NCBI GenBank assembly: GCA_017517275.1
Contig: JAFWZX010000020.1
Location: 6,289 to 70,288 of the forward strand
Direction of reading: 5' to 3'
Length of the DNA: 64,000 nucleotides
DNA from: Clostridia bacterium
GTDB lineage: Bacteria; Bacillota; Clostridia; UBA1212; UBA1255
Part shown: positions 54,444 to 64,000 of the stretch, in pieces
Numbering within the stretch: the first letter of the stretch is position 1
Layout of the letters: every line of letters begins with the position of its first letter
Notes under the pieces: generated by a model
Seen by the model: only the letters and a program-made list of their open reading frames with translations
What the model was told of the DNA's origin: nothing
Database searches by the model: none
Program-made: the position numbers and the translations under genes

Positions 54444-57400
54444 ATGGCAGTAAAAATAATAAAGGCAATTACAATTGCCTCTGAAAAGAAAATAGTTATT
54501 ATGTTAGAAAGCGACTCGCCTCTTTCTAATAATGAGATACAAAGCATGCGCCGTCAATGGTCTGAGAAATTAAACTGTTCAAACGTAGAGATTGATATAA
54601 CGTACACCCATATGATGCCGGCGGGGCTTGAAGACGACTCTGTTCACGTAGATTTCAGTAAAGAAGCATATTTAGCAGCTCAACAAAAAAAGTCTGACGG
54701 TAACAAATCAGGCGCAAATTCTTACTATGCATCAAATACCAAAAAGGGATACTCGAATAAAGGTGATGGAAAGTATAACAAGAAAAAAGCCTTGACACCT
54801 GCTGAGGGAGAGGAACCTAAGAAAGACAGTGACGGAAACGTTATTTTCATGGGTAATTCTATTGATCAGGAAATAACAAAGATGGAGGATATCACTTACG
54901 ACAGCGGTTTTGTTGCCGTGGAAGGGAAGATATTTGCTTTTGACTCCAGAGAGCTCAAAAGCGGATCTCACAGTGTTACGTTTGCTATGACGGATAACAC
55001 GTATTCTGTAAAAATACAATTCTATGCAGAAGAATTTGACCTGAAATATGCAAAATCTTACCTCACACCGGGAAAAGGAAAAACAAAAGATGAGATGGGA
55101 AACGTTTACGCTCGCGTATACGGACAGGCGGTGTTGGACAAATATACTTCGGAATTGATTATCAGAGCAAAGTCTGTTGTGATGACAAAAAACAAGGTGC
55201 GTAAAGATTTATGTCCGGAAAAGAGAGTAGAATTACATTTACATACAAAAATGAGTGCTCAGGATGCCATTACAGACCCGGCTGCGTTAATAAGCTTGCT
55301 TGCCGGGTGGGGACACAAGGCTGTTGCGATAACAGACCACGGATGCGTACAGGCATATCCGGATATGTTTAAGGCTTTATCTGCCTATTCAAAAGCGAAA
55401 GATATTCCAAAAGAAGAACGAATTAAATTGATATACGGATGCGAATGTTATTTAAGTGACGATGAACTTATAGATCACGATTCGGATGAGATTCTGTCAA
55501 CGGTGCTAAGCAAGGAACAATTAAAGAATTCCAGAGCATGGCATTGCATAATCCTGGTAAAAAATCTGGTGGGTCTTAAGAATCTGTACAAACTCATTTC
55601 CTACAGTAATCTGAAATACTATTATAAAAGGCCAAGAATACCGCGTAAAGAACTTATGCTTCACAGAGAAGGCTTATTAATAGGCAGTGCGTGCTCGGAA
55701 GGTGAACTGTACGAGGCAGTATTAAACGGCACATCTGACGAAAAATTGCTTGAAATGGCGTCTTTCTACGACTATCTTGAGATACAACCCACGGGAAACG
55801 ACATGTATCTTTTAAGAAACAACCGTGTGTCCTCTGTGGAAGAATTGGAAAATATTAACCGCAAGATAGTATGGTTGGGAGATCAGCTGAGTAAGCTCAC
55901 CGTTGCAACAGGCGACGTACATTTCCTGAACCCTGATGACAGCATATACAGAGCGGTACTGCAAGGAGGACAGGGGTATAGCGACTGTGATATGCAGCCG
56001 CCCTTGTACTTAAAATCTACGGATGAAATGCTAAGTGAGTTTAAGTATTTAGGAGACAGGGCGTACGAGATTGTAGTAACAAACACAAATATAATAGCAG
56101 ATCAGATTGATGTAATAAGACCTGTGCCGGATGGCTTTTTCCCTCCTGTAATCGAAGGATCTGATCAAAAACTAAGAGAGAGTTGTTTTGAGAAGGCAAA
56201 GAGGATATACGGAGATCCTCTGCCTGACATCGTACAACAAAGATTGGAAAGAGAACTCAATGCTATTATCAGCAACGGCTATTCCATAATGTACATTACG
56301 GCAAAGGAACTGGTAGCAGAGTCAGCCCGGAACGGATACCAGGTAGGATCAAGAGGTTCGGTAGGTTCTTCCTTGGCAGCATACATGGCAGATATTACGG
56401 AGGTTAATTCACTGTGCGCTCATTATAGATGCGGCAATCCGGAATGTCTGTATTCGGAATTTCACGATGATCCGATTTACTCTTGCGGCTTTGATATGGA
56501 GCCTAAGGACTGTCCTAAATGCGGCCGTCCTCTTATACGCGACGGCTACAATATTCCATTTGAGACCTTTCTTGGGTTTAACGGAGACAAGGTCCCTGAT
56601 ATAGACTTAAACTTCGCCTCCGATGACCAGCCCAATGCTCATAAATTTACAGAAGTTCTGTTCGGTAAGGGCTACGTGTTCAGGGCCGGAACTATTGCCA
56701 ACCTTGGTGAAAAGCCTGCAAGAGGATACGTTCTTAAGTATATGGAAGCCCGCGGTAAAAAGGTCTCTGAAACAGAAATAAGCCGTCTTGCCAAGGGCTT
56801 TGAAGAAGTACGCAAGACAACGGGTCAGCATCCCGGCGGCATTATGGTTATTCCCAGAGATAAAGAAATATATGATTTTACTCCTGTTCAGCATCCTGCG
56901 GAAAAGGTAGAGAACGATACTGTAACAACGCACTTTGACTATAACTTCCTCCATGACAATATCCTGAAGCTTGATATTCTCGGTCACGATGGCCCGCAGA
57001 TGTTAAGGCTTATGGAGGAATATACAGGAATATCCAGCTTAAGTGTTGACATAAACGATGACAAGGTTTTGTCCCTTTTCAACAGTGCCGAAGCGCTTGA
57101 CTTAGATGAAGGTATAATTCAAAGATTAGGTGCAGACTATGAGCTTTTGCAACTTGGAACTGCCGGAATTCCGGAGATGGGTACAGGCTTTGTCCAAAAT
57201 ATGATGCTCAAAGCAAGACCGTCTACTATTTCCGACTTGGTCAGAATATCAGGTGTATCTCACGGAACGGACGTATGGGCGGGTAATGCAGAGACCTTGA
57301 TAGATGAGGGAATCTGTCAGCTGTCCGAATGTATATGTTGCCGTGATGACATAATGCTCTATCTTATAGGAAAAGGCCTTGAAAAGAAAATGGCATTTGA

Positions 57401-58061
57401 TATCATGGAGGCTGTAAGAAAAGGTAAAGGCCTTAAGCCGGAGTGGGAAACTGCCATGAAGGATAATAACGTGCCCGATTGGTATATTACTTCCTGTAAA
57501 AAGATACAATACATGTTTCCTAAAGCTCATGCCGTTGCATACGTCGTATGTTCACTCAGAATCGCCTGGTATAAGGTTTACCAACCGAAAGCATATTATG
57601 CCACGAGATTTTCAGTAAAATTAGACGATTTTGATTCGGAATATATGATACACGGCATTGATAAGGCTTTTATGAAATTAACACCTCCTGACAAACGTCA
57701 TTTACTTGACGGCAAAGATAAGGCTCAAGCACCTTTATATGAGCTTATAGTTGAAATGTATGCCAGAAATATTAATTTCCTGCCGGTTGATATATATAAA
57801 TCAGATGCGAAATATTTCAAACCTGAAGAAGACGGTATTAGGCCGCCTCTTTCAGTGCTTTCCGGAGTAGGCCTGTCTCAAACAGAACCTATTGCCGCGG
57901 AAAGGGACCGCAGATTAGCAGCCGGAGAAGAGTTTATTTCAATAGAGGATTTCCAATTATCTACAGGTGTTAATAAAGCAACTATTGAAGCTCTTCGGGC
58001 AGAAGGATGTTTTGATGGACTTCCGGAATCAAATTCTATTTCTATTTTTGACTGGATGTAG
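54444..58061 (+). CDS. polC: PolC-type DNA polymerase III alpha subunit, apparently without the DEDD 3'-5' exonuclease insert
   Basis: The PolC hallmarks, in order:
- OB-fold region: FDSRELKSGSHSVTFAMTDNTYSVKIQFY.
- PHP domain: RVELHLHTKMSAQDAI, WGHKAVAITDHG.
- Zn-finger region: HYRCGNPECLYSEF...CPKCGRPLIRDGYNIPFETFLGFNGDKVPDIDLNFA.
- Catalytic core and C-terminal LPESNSISIF.

Total length is 1205 aa. Confidence 0.88.
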   Translation: MAVKIIKAITIASEKKIVIMLESDSPLSNNEIQSMRRQWSEKLNCSNVEIDITYTHMMPAGLEDDSVHVDFSKEAYLAAQQKKSDGNKSGANSYYASNTKKGYSNKGDGKYNKKKALTPAEGEEPKKDSDGNVIFMGNSIDQEITKMEDITYDSGFVAVEGKIFAFDSRELKSGSHSVTFAMTDNTYSVKIQFYAEEFDLKYAKSYLTPGKGKTKDEMGNVYARVYGQAVLDKYTSELIIRAKSVVMTKNKVRKDLCPEKRVELHLHTKMSAQDAITDPAALISLLAGWGHKAVAITDHGCVQAYPDMFKALSAYSKAKDIPKEERIKLIYGCECYLSDDELIDHDSDEILSTVLSKEQLKNSRAWHCIILVKNLVGLKNLYKLISYSNLKYYYKRPRIPRKELMLHREGLLIGSACSEGELYEAVLNGTSDEKLLEMASFYDYLEIQPTGNDMYLLRNNRVSSVEELENINRKIVWLGDQLSKLTVATGDVHFLNPDDSIYRAVLQGGQGYSDCDMQPPLYLKSTDEMLSEFKYLGDRAYEIVVTNTNIIADQIDVIRPVPDGFFPPVIEGSDQKLRESCFEKAKRIYGDPLPDIVQQRLERELNAIISNGYSIMYITAKELVAESARNGYQVGSRGSVGSSLAAYMADITEVNSLCAHYRCGNPECLYSEFHDDPIYSCGFDMEPKDCPKCGRPLIRDGYNIPFETFLGFNGDKVPDIDLNFASDDQPNAHKFTEVLFGKGYVFRAGTIANLGEKPARGYVLKYMEARGKKVSETEISRLAKGFEEVRKTTGQHPGGIMVIPRDKEIYDFTPVQHPAEKVENDTVTTHFDYNFLHDNILKLDILGHDGPQMLRLMEEYTGISSLSVDINDDKVLSLFNSAEALDLDEGIIQRLGADYELLQLGTAGIPEMGTGFVQNMMLKARPSTISDLVRISGVSHGTDVWAGNAETLIDEGICQLSECICCRDDIMLYLIGKGLEKKMAFDIMEAVRKGKGLKPEWETAMKDNNVPDWYITSCKKIQYMFPKAHAVAYVVCSLRIAWYKVYQPKAYYATRFSVKLDDFDSEYMIHGIDKAFMKLTPPDKRHLLDGKDKAQAPLYELIVEMYARNINFLPVDIYKSDAKYFKPEEDGIRPPLSVLSGVGLSQTEPIAAERDRRLAAGEEFISIEDFQLSTGVNKATIEALRAEGCFDGLPESNSISIFDWM

Positions 58062-58124
58062 ACAATAAAAAGTCACAATAATGTATTACACTTTTATTTG
58101 TGAAAATAAAAAGGTGGGTTGATT

Positions 58125-58805
58125 ATGGCAAAGATTTTGATAGCAGATGATAATAGGCAGATTACCTCCGTTTTGAGTGAATATGCAAAAAAGGACGGAT
58201 ATGAGGTAGAGATTGCCTACGACGGCAGAATGACTATAGAAAAATTTGACACTTTCAAACCGGACGTTATTTTGCTGGACGTTATGATGCCTTTTATGGA
58301 CGGATTTGAGGTTTGTCGCACTATTCGTAAGAATTCAATCGTTCCGATTATTATGATTACAGCCAGGGGAGAGGACTTTGAGAAAATCATGGGTCTTGAC
58401 GTAGGTGCAGACGATTACATCGTAAAGCCTTTCTCATGCGGAGAGGTTATGGCAAGAATCCGCGCTATTTTACGCCGCATTAATTTGACTGCAGCTAACA
58501 GTAAGATTTTCAGAAAAGGTAACCTGATGATAAATCTTGAAAATTACATCGTTGAAATAGACGGCAATCCTGTAAAACTCACTAAGAAAGAGATAGAGAT
58601 CATATGGACATTGGCCATAAACACGAATAAGGTTTTCTCACGGGAGGCGCTGTTAGATAAACTATGGGGATTCGACTTCTACGGTGACAGCAGAACAGTA
58701 GATTCCCATATCAAGAGGCTTCGTTCAAAGCTTGATGAGTATGAGCATAACGGATGGGAGATTCAGACAATATGGGGAGTAGGATACAAATTTGCCACAG
58801 AGTAA
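58125..58805 (+). CDS. OmpR-family two-component response regulator
   Basis: The receiver domain has ILIADD...DVILLDVMMPFMDG...KPF. The winged-helix C-terminus has LTKKEIEIIWTLA....VDSHIKRLRSKL...IQTIWGVGYKF. ATG 58125 lies after AAAGGTGGG. Confidence 0.9.
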   Translation: MAKILIADDNRQITSVLSEYAKKDGYEVEIAYDGRMTIEKFDTFKPDVILLDVMMPFMDGFEVCRTIRKNSIVPIIMITARGEDFEKIMGLDVGADDYIVKPFSCGEVMARIRAILRRINLTAANSKIFRKGNLMINLENYIVEIDGNPVKLTKKEIEIIWTLAINTNKVFSREALLDKLWGFDFYGDSRTVDSHIKRLRSKLDEYEHNGWEIQTIWGVGYKFATE

Positions 58806-60346
58806 GAAATCCGCGTTTTAGGCTGGCGTATAGAATATCGGTTCTAATGACTGTTGCTATGCTGATATTTATTCTTATAGTCGGCATTGCTTTTACAATG
58901 ATATACCGCAATCGCTCAAAGAGAGAACTTAACGATTCTTTGACTGACTCTGCTGTGGTCATTTCAAATCTGATGTCAAAGACTCTTGCTTCAGGTCACA
59001 CATCAAATCCGCCTTATCAACGCCCTGACGGAGGCTCTGACTTTGGACGGCTTCCCGGACAGCAGTCAGACTTCTGGATAAACGAGAAGACGTTTATTTC
59101 TTTTATAAACAATCTTACATCCTCTGACGTGTGGGTCATTGATTATGATTTGGACATACTTTCTTATACCAGTAGTAACAATTCTGTTTATGTTTCCGTG
59201 GAACAGCTAAGCGATACTGAGATTATTGCTATACAAAAAATAATGATGGACGATGGTTATTACGTTTATACAGAAGCTTTTTCAAACTCATTAAATGCTT
59301 CAAGTCTTTCTGTGGGCGTGCCTGTATATTCTCCCAATAGCAAAACGATTGTAGGCGCGGTCTTGGTACACGGCTCTACGGAATCAATTGACAAGGCTAC
59401 TTTGAATGGCCTTTGGATATTAGCAGTAAGCTGCCTTGTTGCCATGATCTTTGGCCTTGTTCTTTCATTAATTATGGCTAAGATTCTTACAAACCCGGTG
59501 GTGAAAATTACTAATGCAGCCGTTATGATCTCTGAGGGGGACTATTCGCTAAAGACAGGAATAAAAAGAACGGATGAGATAGGTCAGCTTGCCAGAACAA
59601 TAGACGATATGAGTGAAAAGTTGCAGGCCGCTGATGAGGAAAGTCAGAAATTAGAAAAACTCAGACAAGACTTTATCTCTAACATTTCACATGAATTAAG
59701 GACGCCTGTGACTGTTCTGAGAAGTTCTCTTGAAGCTCTTTGCGACGGTGTTATAACAGATGAGATACTGATTGAGCAGTACCACAGACAAATGCTCAAT
59801 GAGAGCGTTTATTTACAGAGAATGGTAAATGATTTGTTAGATTTATCACGCTTGCAAAATACAGATTTCCGTATGAACATAGGAGAATTTAATTTATATG
59901 ATTGCTTAAATGATGCAGTAAGGAGCGCCAAAAGAATTGGTATAGACAAGCATGTTACTGTGGAATTAGAGTGTGATACGAAAATTTTCACTATGCATGG
60001 GGATTACGACAGAATAAAGCAACTATTTATGATAGTACTTGATAACGCAATTAAATTTACAGGCAAGGCGGAAGACGGAAGTGTTCATCCTGTCAGAGTT
60101 TCGTTTATAAAAGGTGTTGTTACTGTAACAAATTTCGGCAGTGAAATTGCATTAGAAGATATTCCTTATATTTTTGACAGATTTTTTAAATCATATAACG
60201 AGAGTAATAAACAAGGAACCGGCTTGGGGCTGGCTATAGCAAAGCAAATTGCATCTCGCCACGGAATCGGAATAACGGTTACGTCAGAGTCGAAGCTTAC
60301 TTCGTTTGCTTTTGATTTTGACACATCGATTGAAAATATGGTATGA
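58772..60346 (+). CDS. Sensor histidine kinase (two TM, extracytoplasmic loop, HAMP, HisKA, HATPase_c)
   Basis: H-box FISNISHELRTPVT, N-box LDNAIKFT, and G-box GTGLGLAIAKQIASRHG. There are two hydrophobic segments flanking a ~170-aa loop. The start is uncertain (58754, 58772 or later) and overlaps the 3' end of the regulator gene. Confidence 0.8.
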   Translation: MGSRIQICHRVRNPRFRLAYRISVLMTVAMLIFILIVGIAFTMIYRNRSKRELNDSLTDSAVVISNLMSKTLASGHTSNPPYQRPDGGSDFGRLPGQQSDFWINEKTFISFINNLTSSDVWVIDYDLDILSYTSSNNSVYVSVEQLSDTEIIAIQKIMMDDGYYVYTEAFSNSLNASSLSVGVPVYSPNSKTIVGAVLVHGSTESIDKATLNGLWILAVSCLVAMIFGLVLSLIMAKILTNPVVKITNAAVMISEGDYSLKTGIKRTDEIGQLARTIDDMSEKLQAADEESQKLEKLRQDFISNISHELRTPVTVLRSSLEALCDGVITDEILIEQYHRQMLNESVYLQRMVNDLLDLSRLQNTDFRMNIGEFNLYDCLNDAVRSAKRIGIDKHVTVELECDTKIFTMHGDYDRIKQLFMIVLDNAIKFTGKAEDGSVHPVRVSFIKGVVTVTNFGSEIALEDIPYIFDRFFKSYNESNKQGTGLGLAIAKQIASRHGIGITVTSESKLTSFAFDFDTSIENMV

Positions 60347-60383
60347 TTCAAAATCATTTTTACTGTGTAAGGAGGCAAGCACT

Positions 60384-62456
60384 GTGTTTGATAAACAATG
60401 GGTTATGAATAAATCTGATTACGATAAGAACCGCGGTGTTTATCAAAATGATATGCAGATGCCTCACTTTATAAATCTGTTGCTTAGAAGCAGAGTGGCA
60501 GAGGAAAACTTTTCACCTGAAAAATATTTAAATCCCGTGTTGGAGGACTTGAGCAGTCCGTTTGATATAGAAGGCATTACGGACGCAGTAGACAGGATTC
60601 TCATAGCCCAAGAAGCAGGTGAGAAAGTAACTGTTTTCGGAGATTACGACTGCGACGGTATCAGCGCTACCTTCGTTATTTACCATTTCCTTAAGAAATA
60701 TATGAAAATGGACGTTGATTATTATATTCCCAACAGACTTACAGAGGGCTACGGTATGTCACAGGTGTCTTCTGTGCAGATTGCGCAAAACGGCACGACT
60801 CTTATAATTACGGTTGATAACGGCATTTCAGCGGTAGACGAGATTGCTTTGTTGGCGCAAATGGGTGTTGACGTCGTTGTTACAGATCATCATAAGAAGC
60901 CGGATAATTTACCTGAATGCTGCGCAGTGGTAGACCCTGTAGATTGCCCTGATTGCGATCCTAACAGATATTTAGCAGGTTGCGGTGTTGCTTTTAAGTT
61001 GGTTTGCGCACTGGCAGCGGAACTTGGCATAGATGACGTGGTTGAACAGTATATTCCTGTTGTGACAATCGGAACCATAGGTGACAGCGTTGCTCTTAAG
61101 GGAGATAATAGAATAATTGCAAGCTATGGCCTTGCTAATATGAAGAACTCGGTGATAAAAGGCCTTAGGGCTTTGATTAATTTGCTACCCGCCAGAGCAA
61201 ATTCCGTCCAAACTGTTACGTCTTCTTACGTAATGTACAGTATTGTGCCGAAAATTAATGCTGCCGGCAGACTTGGTAATGCCCACAGAGCTTTGGAACT
61301 TCTCCTTTGTGAGAATGAAAAGGATGCGGCAGACATCGCCCGGAAGCTTATTGATGAAAATACAAAGAGACAGGAAATGGAAAGTGAAATCGTTTCACAG
61401 GCATTGCAACCGGAAAATATTCTTACTCAGGATAATGATTCCGTAGTCGTTGCGTATAATAAGGATTGGCATCACGGAGTTATCGGAATCGTGGCATCCC
61501 GTCTTACTGATAAGTATAAAAAGCCGGCTTTCGTTATGTCGGCGCTTGATGAAGAACAAAAACAGATAGTAGGAAGCGGCAGATCTGTAGACGGATATGA
61601 CCTGCACCGAGCAGTATCATATGCAAAAGAATACGTTGTAAAGTTTGGTGGCCACGAAGCTGCCTGCGGCCTTACGTTAGAGTATGACAAGGTTCGAAGC
61701 TTTATAGATAAAATTAATGAGTATACAAAGCAGGTTGAAGAGAAGAAAGCTCTGCCGCCTGCACATATTGTGATTGATGCTATTGTATCTCCTGAGGAGA
61801 TTACGGTAGATGGCGTGAAATGGCTAAATAAATTAGAACCCTTCGGTGTGGGAAATCCTGAACCTGTGTTATGCATAAAGAATCTTCAGGTAGAACGGGT
61901 AGGCCTTGTGGGCAATGACGGTAAACACGTGAAAATGAAGTTTTCGTATATTGACGCTGATGGCGGCAAAAGATATTTAGACGGCATTTCTTTTTCCAAA
62001 AGTGCATATGCGCCGCTTATCGGAAAAATAAAGAGTGCAGCCGTTATTTTCACTCCTACGATAAATACATGGAACGGTAATACAGAGGTGTCATTGCAAA
62101 TCCTCGATATGTGTGATGGGGAATACAGTATTGATAATAATATAAGATGTGTGTATAATGACGCCTATATCACGGCGCCTGGGTACATTCTTAACCGTGC
62201 CTTAATGGTAGCCGTTTATAAAGCAATCTGTAATATGCCGCCGAAGTTTGGCAGCGATGATATTATCAGAATCCGTGAGGTTCTTTTGCAACACGGCATT
62301 TGTTGTACGTGGTATGCTTTGAAGACCGCGATAAACGTTTTTACGGAGCTGGGGTTGATTAAGAAATCTTCAAAGGGAACGTATGAGATTGCTGCAAGTC
62401 GGAAGGTAGAATTGTCTTCCTCGAGTATCTTTAAAAGCCATATGGAAGCTAAATAA
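60384..62456 (+). CDS. recJ: Single-stranded-DNA-specific exonuclease RecJ
   Basis: DHH motifs: VFGDYDCDGISAT, ITVDNGI, VVVTDHH. The DHHA1 motif is GGHEAACG. GTG 60384 lies 8 nt after GGAGG, so the track's 60306 start is an upstream extension overlapping the kinase gene. Confidence 0.9.
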   Translation: MFDKQWVMNKSDYDKNRGVYQNDMQMPHFINLLLRSRVAEENFSPEKYLNPVLEDLSSPFDIEGITDAVDRILIAQEAGEKVTVFGDYDCDGISATFVIYHFLKKYMKMDVDYYIPNRLTEGYGMSQVSSVQIAQNGTTLIITVDNGISAVDEIALLAQMGVDVVVTDHHKKPDNLPECCAVVDPVDCPDCDPNRYLAGCGVAFKLVCALAAELGIDDVVEQYIPVVTIGTIGDSVALKGDNRIIASYGLANMKNSVIKGLRALINLLPARANSVQTVTSSYVMYSIVPKINAAGRLGNAHRALELLLCENEKDAADIARKLIDENTKRQEMESEIVSQALQPENILTQDNDSVVVAYNKDWHHGVIGIVASRLTDKYKKPAFVMSALDEEQKQIVGSGRSVDGYDLHRAVSYAKEYVVKFGGHEAACGLTLEYDKVRSFIDKINEYTKQVEEKKALPPAHIVIDAIVSPEEITVDGVKWLNKLEPFGVGNPEPVLCIKNLQVERVGLVGNDGKHVKMKFSYIDADGGKRYLDGISFSKSAYAPLIGKIKSAAVIFTPTINTWNGNTEVSLQILDMCDGEYSIDNNIRCVYNDAYITAPGYILNRALMVAVYKAICNMPPKFGSDDIIRIREVLLQHGICCTWYALKTAINVFTELGLIKKSSKGTYEIAASRKVELSSSSIFKSHMEAK

Positions 62457-62478
62457 TAATTCAGGAAGGAGTGCTGTA

Positions 62479-64000
62479 ATGAACTATAATGAAGAATACG
62501 ATAAATTAAAAGCCAAAATACTAGCGCACGCTCCTGATGCGAAAACTGATTTGCTTGACAAGGCTTTTCACTTGGCTGATAGTATGCATAAGGGACAGCT
62601 GAGAAAGTCAGGAGAACCTTTTGTTATTCATCCTGTTGCCGTATCTATTATGCTGGCAGACATGGAAATGGATATGTCGTCTATCATCGCCGGTATGCTT
62701 CATGACGTGGTGGAAGATACGGCTGTTACGATTGAAGAAATCCGTGAAATGTTCGGAGACGAGATTGCTTTGCTCGTAGACGGGGTTACAAAGTTAAAAA
62801 GAATACAAACGTATACAAAAGAAGAGCAACATGCTGAGAATCTGAGGAAGATGTTTCTTTCAATGGCTTCTGATATCAGAGTAGTGTTGATTAAATTAGT
62901 GGACAGACTCCATAATATGAGAACTCTTCAGTATATGAATACTGATGCACAGGTTAGTAAAGCCAGAGAAACAATAGAAATCTATACGCCACTGGCCCAT
63001 AGATTAGGTATGACAAAGATTAAATGGGAACTGGAGGACTTGTGTTTTAAATATCTGGAGCCGGATGCATATGAATCTCTTATAAAGCAAATAGACCAAA
63101 ACAGAGAGCAGAAGGAAGAATATATATCTAAAGTTCTTGACTCGCTCAAAGGCAAATTAGCAGATGCAGGTATCAATGCTTTCTTAGACGGAAGACCTAA
63201 GCATCTATACAGTGTCCATAAGAAAATGGTTACACAGAACAAGACTCTTAACCAGATTTATGACTTAATGGCAATCAGAGTTATCGTTGATACAGTGCAG
63301 GAGTGTTATACGGTATTAGGTATTATTCATGAGATGTATACTCCTGTTCCCGGCAGATTCAAAGATTATATAGCAATGCCAAAGGCGAATTTATATCAAT
63401 CACTCCACACAACTTTAATCGGTCCTGACGGCCATCCGTTTGAGGCTCAGATACGTACATGGGATATGCATAAGACTGCTGAGATAGGAATTGCCGCTCA
63501 CTGGAAATACAAAGAAGGAGTCTCAGAAAAAGAGAGAAACAGCGAACTGGACAGTAAACTTGCCTGGGTACACAATTTATTTGATAACCAAAAAGAATTA
63601 GAAGATCCGAATGAATTCGTCGAGACGTTCAAAATGGACCTTTTTACAGACGAGGTATTTGTTTTTACACCGAAAGGTGACGTAAAGTCTTTGCCAAAGG
63701 GCTCCACCCCTATTGATTTTGCCTACTCAATTCATAGTGCCATCGGCAACAAAATGGTAGGGGCGAAGGTAAACGGTGAAATTAAGCCGCTTAACTACAA
63801 ATTGATGACAGGTGATTTTGTAGAGGTAATTACGTCGCAAGCTCCGGGCAAAGGTCCTAACCGCGACTGGCTCAGTATTGTAAAAAGTTCTGAAGCAAAG
63901 AGTAAGATACGTCAATATTTTAAGAAAGAGCATAGGGAATCCAATATAGAACGAGGCAAAGAAATGATTAATAGGGAGTTGAAACGTATTAATTATACGT
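62479..64000 (+). CDS. relA: Bifunctional (p)ppGpp synthetase/hydrolase RelA/SpoT (Rel), N-terminal ~507 aa; runs off right edge
   Basis: ATG 62479 lies after GGAAGGAG. The HD hydrolase domain has GEPFVIHPVAVSIMLADMEMDMSSIIAGMLHDVVEDT. The synthetase domain has GRPKHLYSVHKKM...DLMAIRVIV...YKDYIAMPKANLYQSLHTT, and the start of the TGS domain is VFTPKGDVKSLPKGSTPIDFAYSIH. It is not in the ORF track because there is no stop codon in the window. Confidence 0.9.
   Translation, partial: MNYNEEYDKLKAKILAHAPDAKTDLLDKAFHLADSMHKGQLRKSGEPFVIHPVAVSIMLADMEMDMSSIIAGMLHDVVEDTAVTIEEIREMFGDEIALLVDGVTKLKRIQTYTKEEQHAENLRKMFLSMASDIRVVLIKLVDRLHNMRTLQYMNTDAQVSKARETIEIYTPLAHRLGMTKIKWELEDLCFKYLEPDAYESLIKQIDQNREQKEEYISKVLDSLKGKLADAGINAFLDGRPKHLYSVHKKMVTQNKTLNQIYDLMAIRVIVDTVQECYTVLGIIHEMYTPVPGRFKDYIAMPKANLYQSLHTTLIGPDGHPFEAQIRTWDMHKTAEIGIAAHWKYKEGVSEKERNSELDSKLAWVHNLFDNQKELEDPNEFVETFKMDLFTDEVFVFTPKGDVKSLPKGSTPIDFAYSIHSAIGNKMVGAKVNGEIKPLNYKLMTGDFVEVITSQAPGKGPNRDWLSIVKSSEAKSKIRQYFKKEHRESNIERGKEMINRELKRINYT

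Noticed and set aside
58062-58124. AT-rich inverted repeats after polC (AAAAGT...ACTTTT; TCACAA...TTGTGA) as a possible terminator.
   Set aside because: The stems are short and almost entirely A:T, so predicted stability is very low. I am not confident enough to annotate them.

Overview
This 64 kb window looks like a chromosomal core segment of a low-GC, spore-forming Firmicute of the Clostridia type. The taxon call rests on a PolC-type replicase, an alpha/beta-type SASP gene, an Enterococcus-like V-type ATPase operon, SigA-type TTGACA/TATAAT promoters and GGAGG ribosome-binding sites. Coding density is very high and most genes are on the + strand. The genes I recognise are listed here.

- **Translation and RNA:** rpsO, pnp, truA, miaA, two tRNAs.
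- **Replication and repair:** polA, a polC-type gene, mutS, mutL, recJ, ruvX, a UvrD-like helicase, and an RNase HI fused to a Nudix domain.
- **Energy and ions:** a nine-gene V-type ATPase operon in the order ntpF-I-K-E-C-G-A-B-D, and a P2-type Ca2+-ATPase-like pump.
- **Metabolism:** gpsA, coaE, metY, purL, proC.
- **Proteolysis, stress and signalling:** ftsH, relA/spoT (partial), an OmpR/histidine-kinase pair and a PadR regulator.
- **Envelope and secreted proteins:** a small set.

I saw no rRNA, CRISPR array, transposase, integrase or obvious prophage or defence island. I also cannot point to a clear-cut novel multi-gene system.

The features most worth following up are single-gene architectural oddities:

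1. A PolC-type polymerase in which the DEDD proofreading exonuclease insert appears to be missing.
2. An RNase HI-Nudix (ADP-ribose pyrophosphatase-like) fusion.
3. An M50 site-2-protease homologue with its HExxH motif destroyed.
4. A Crh-like HPr paralogue lacking the His15 loop.
5. A V-ATPase c-ring subunit that conserves all Na+ ligands.
6. A surface protein with a non-LPXTG tripartite C-terminal sorting signal.
7. Two genuine small genes (rubredoxin and SASP) that fall below the ORF-track length cut-off.
8. A run of 19 genes over 18.6 kb with no intergenic gap above 26 nt.

All functional calls come from motif recognition by eye. No database search was possible.
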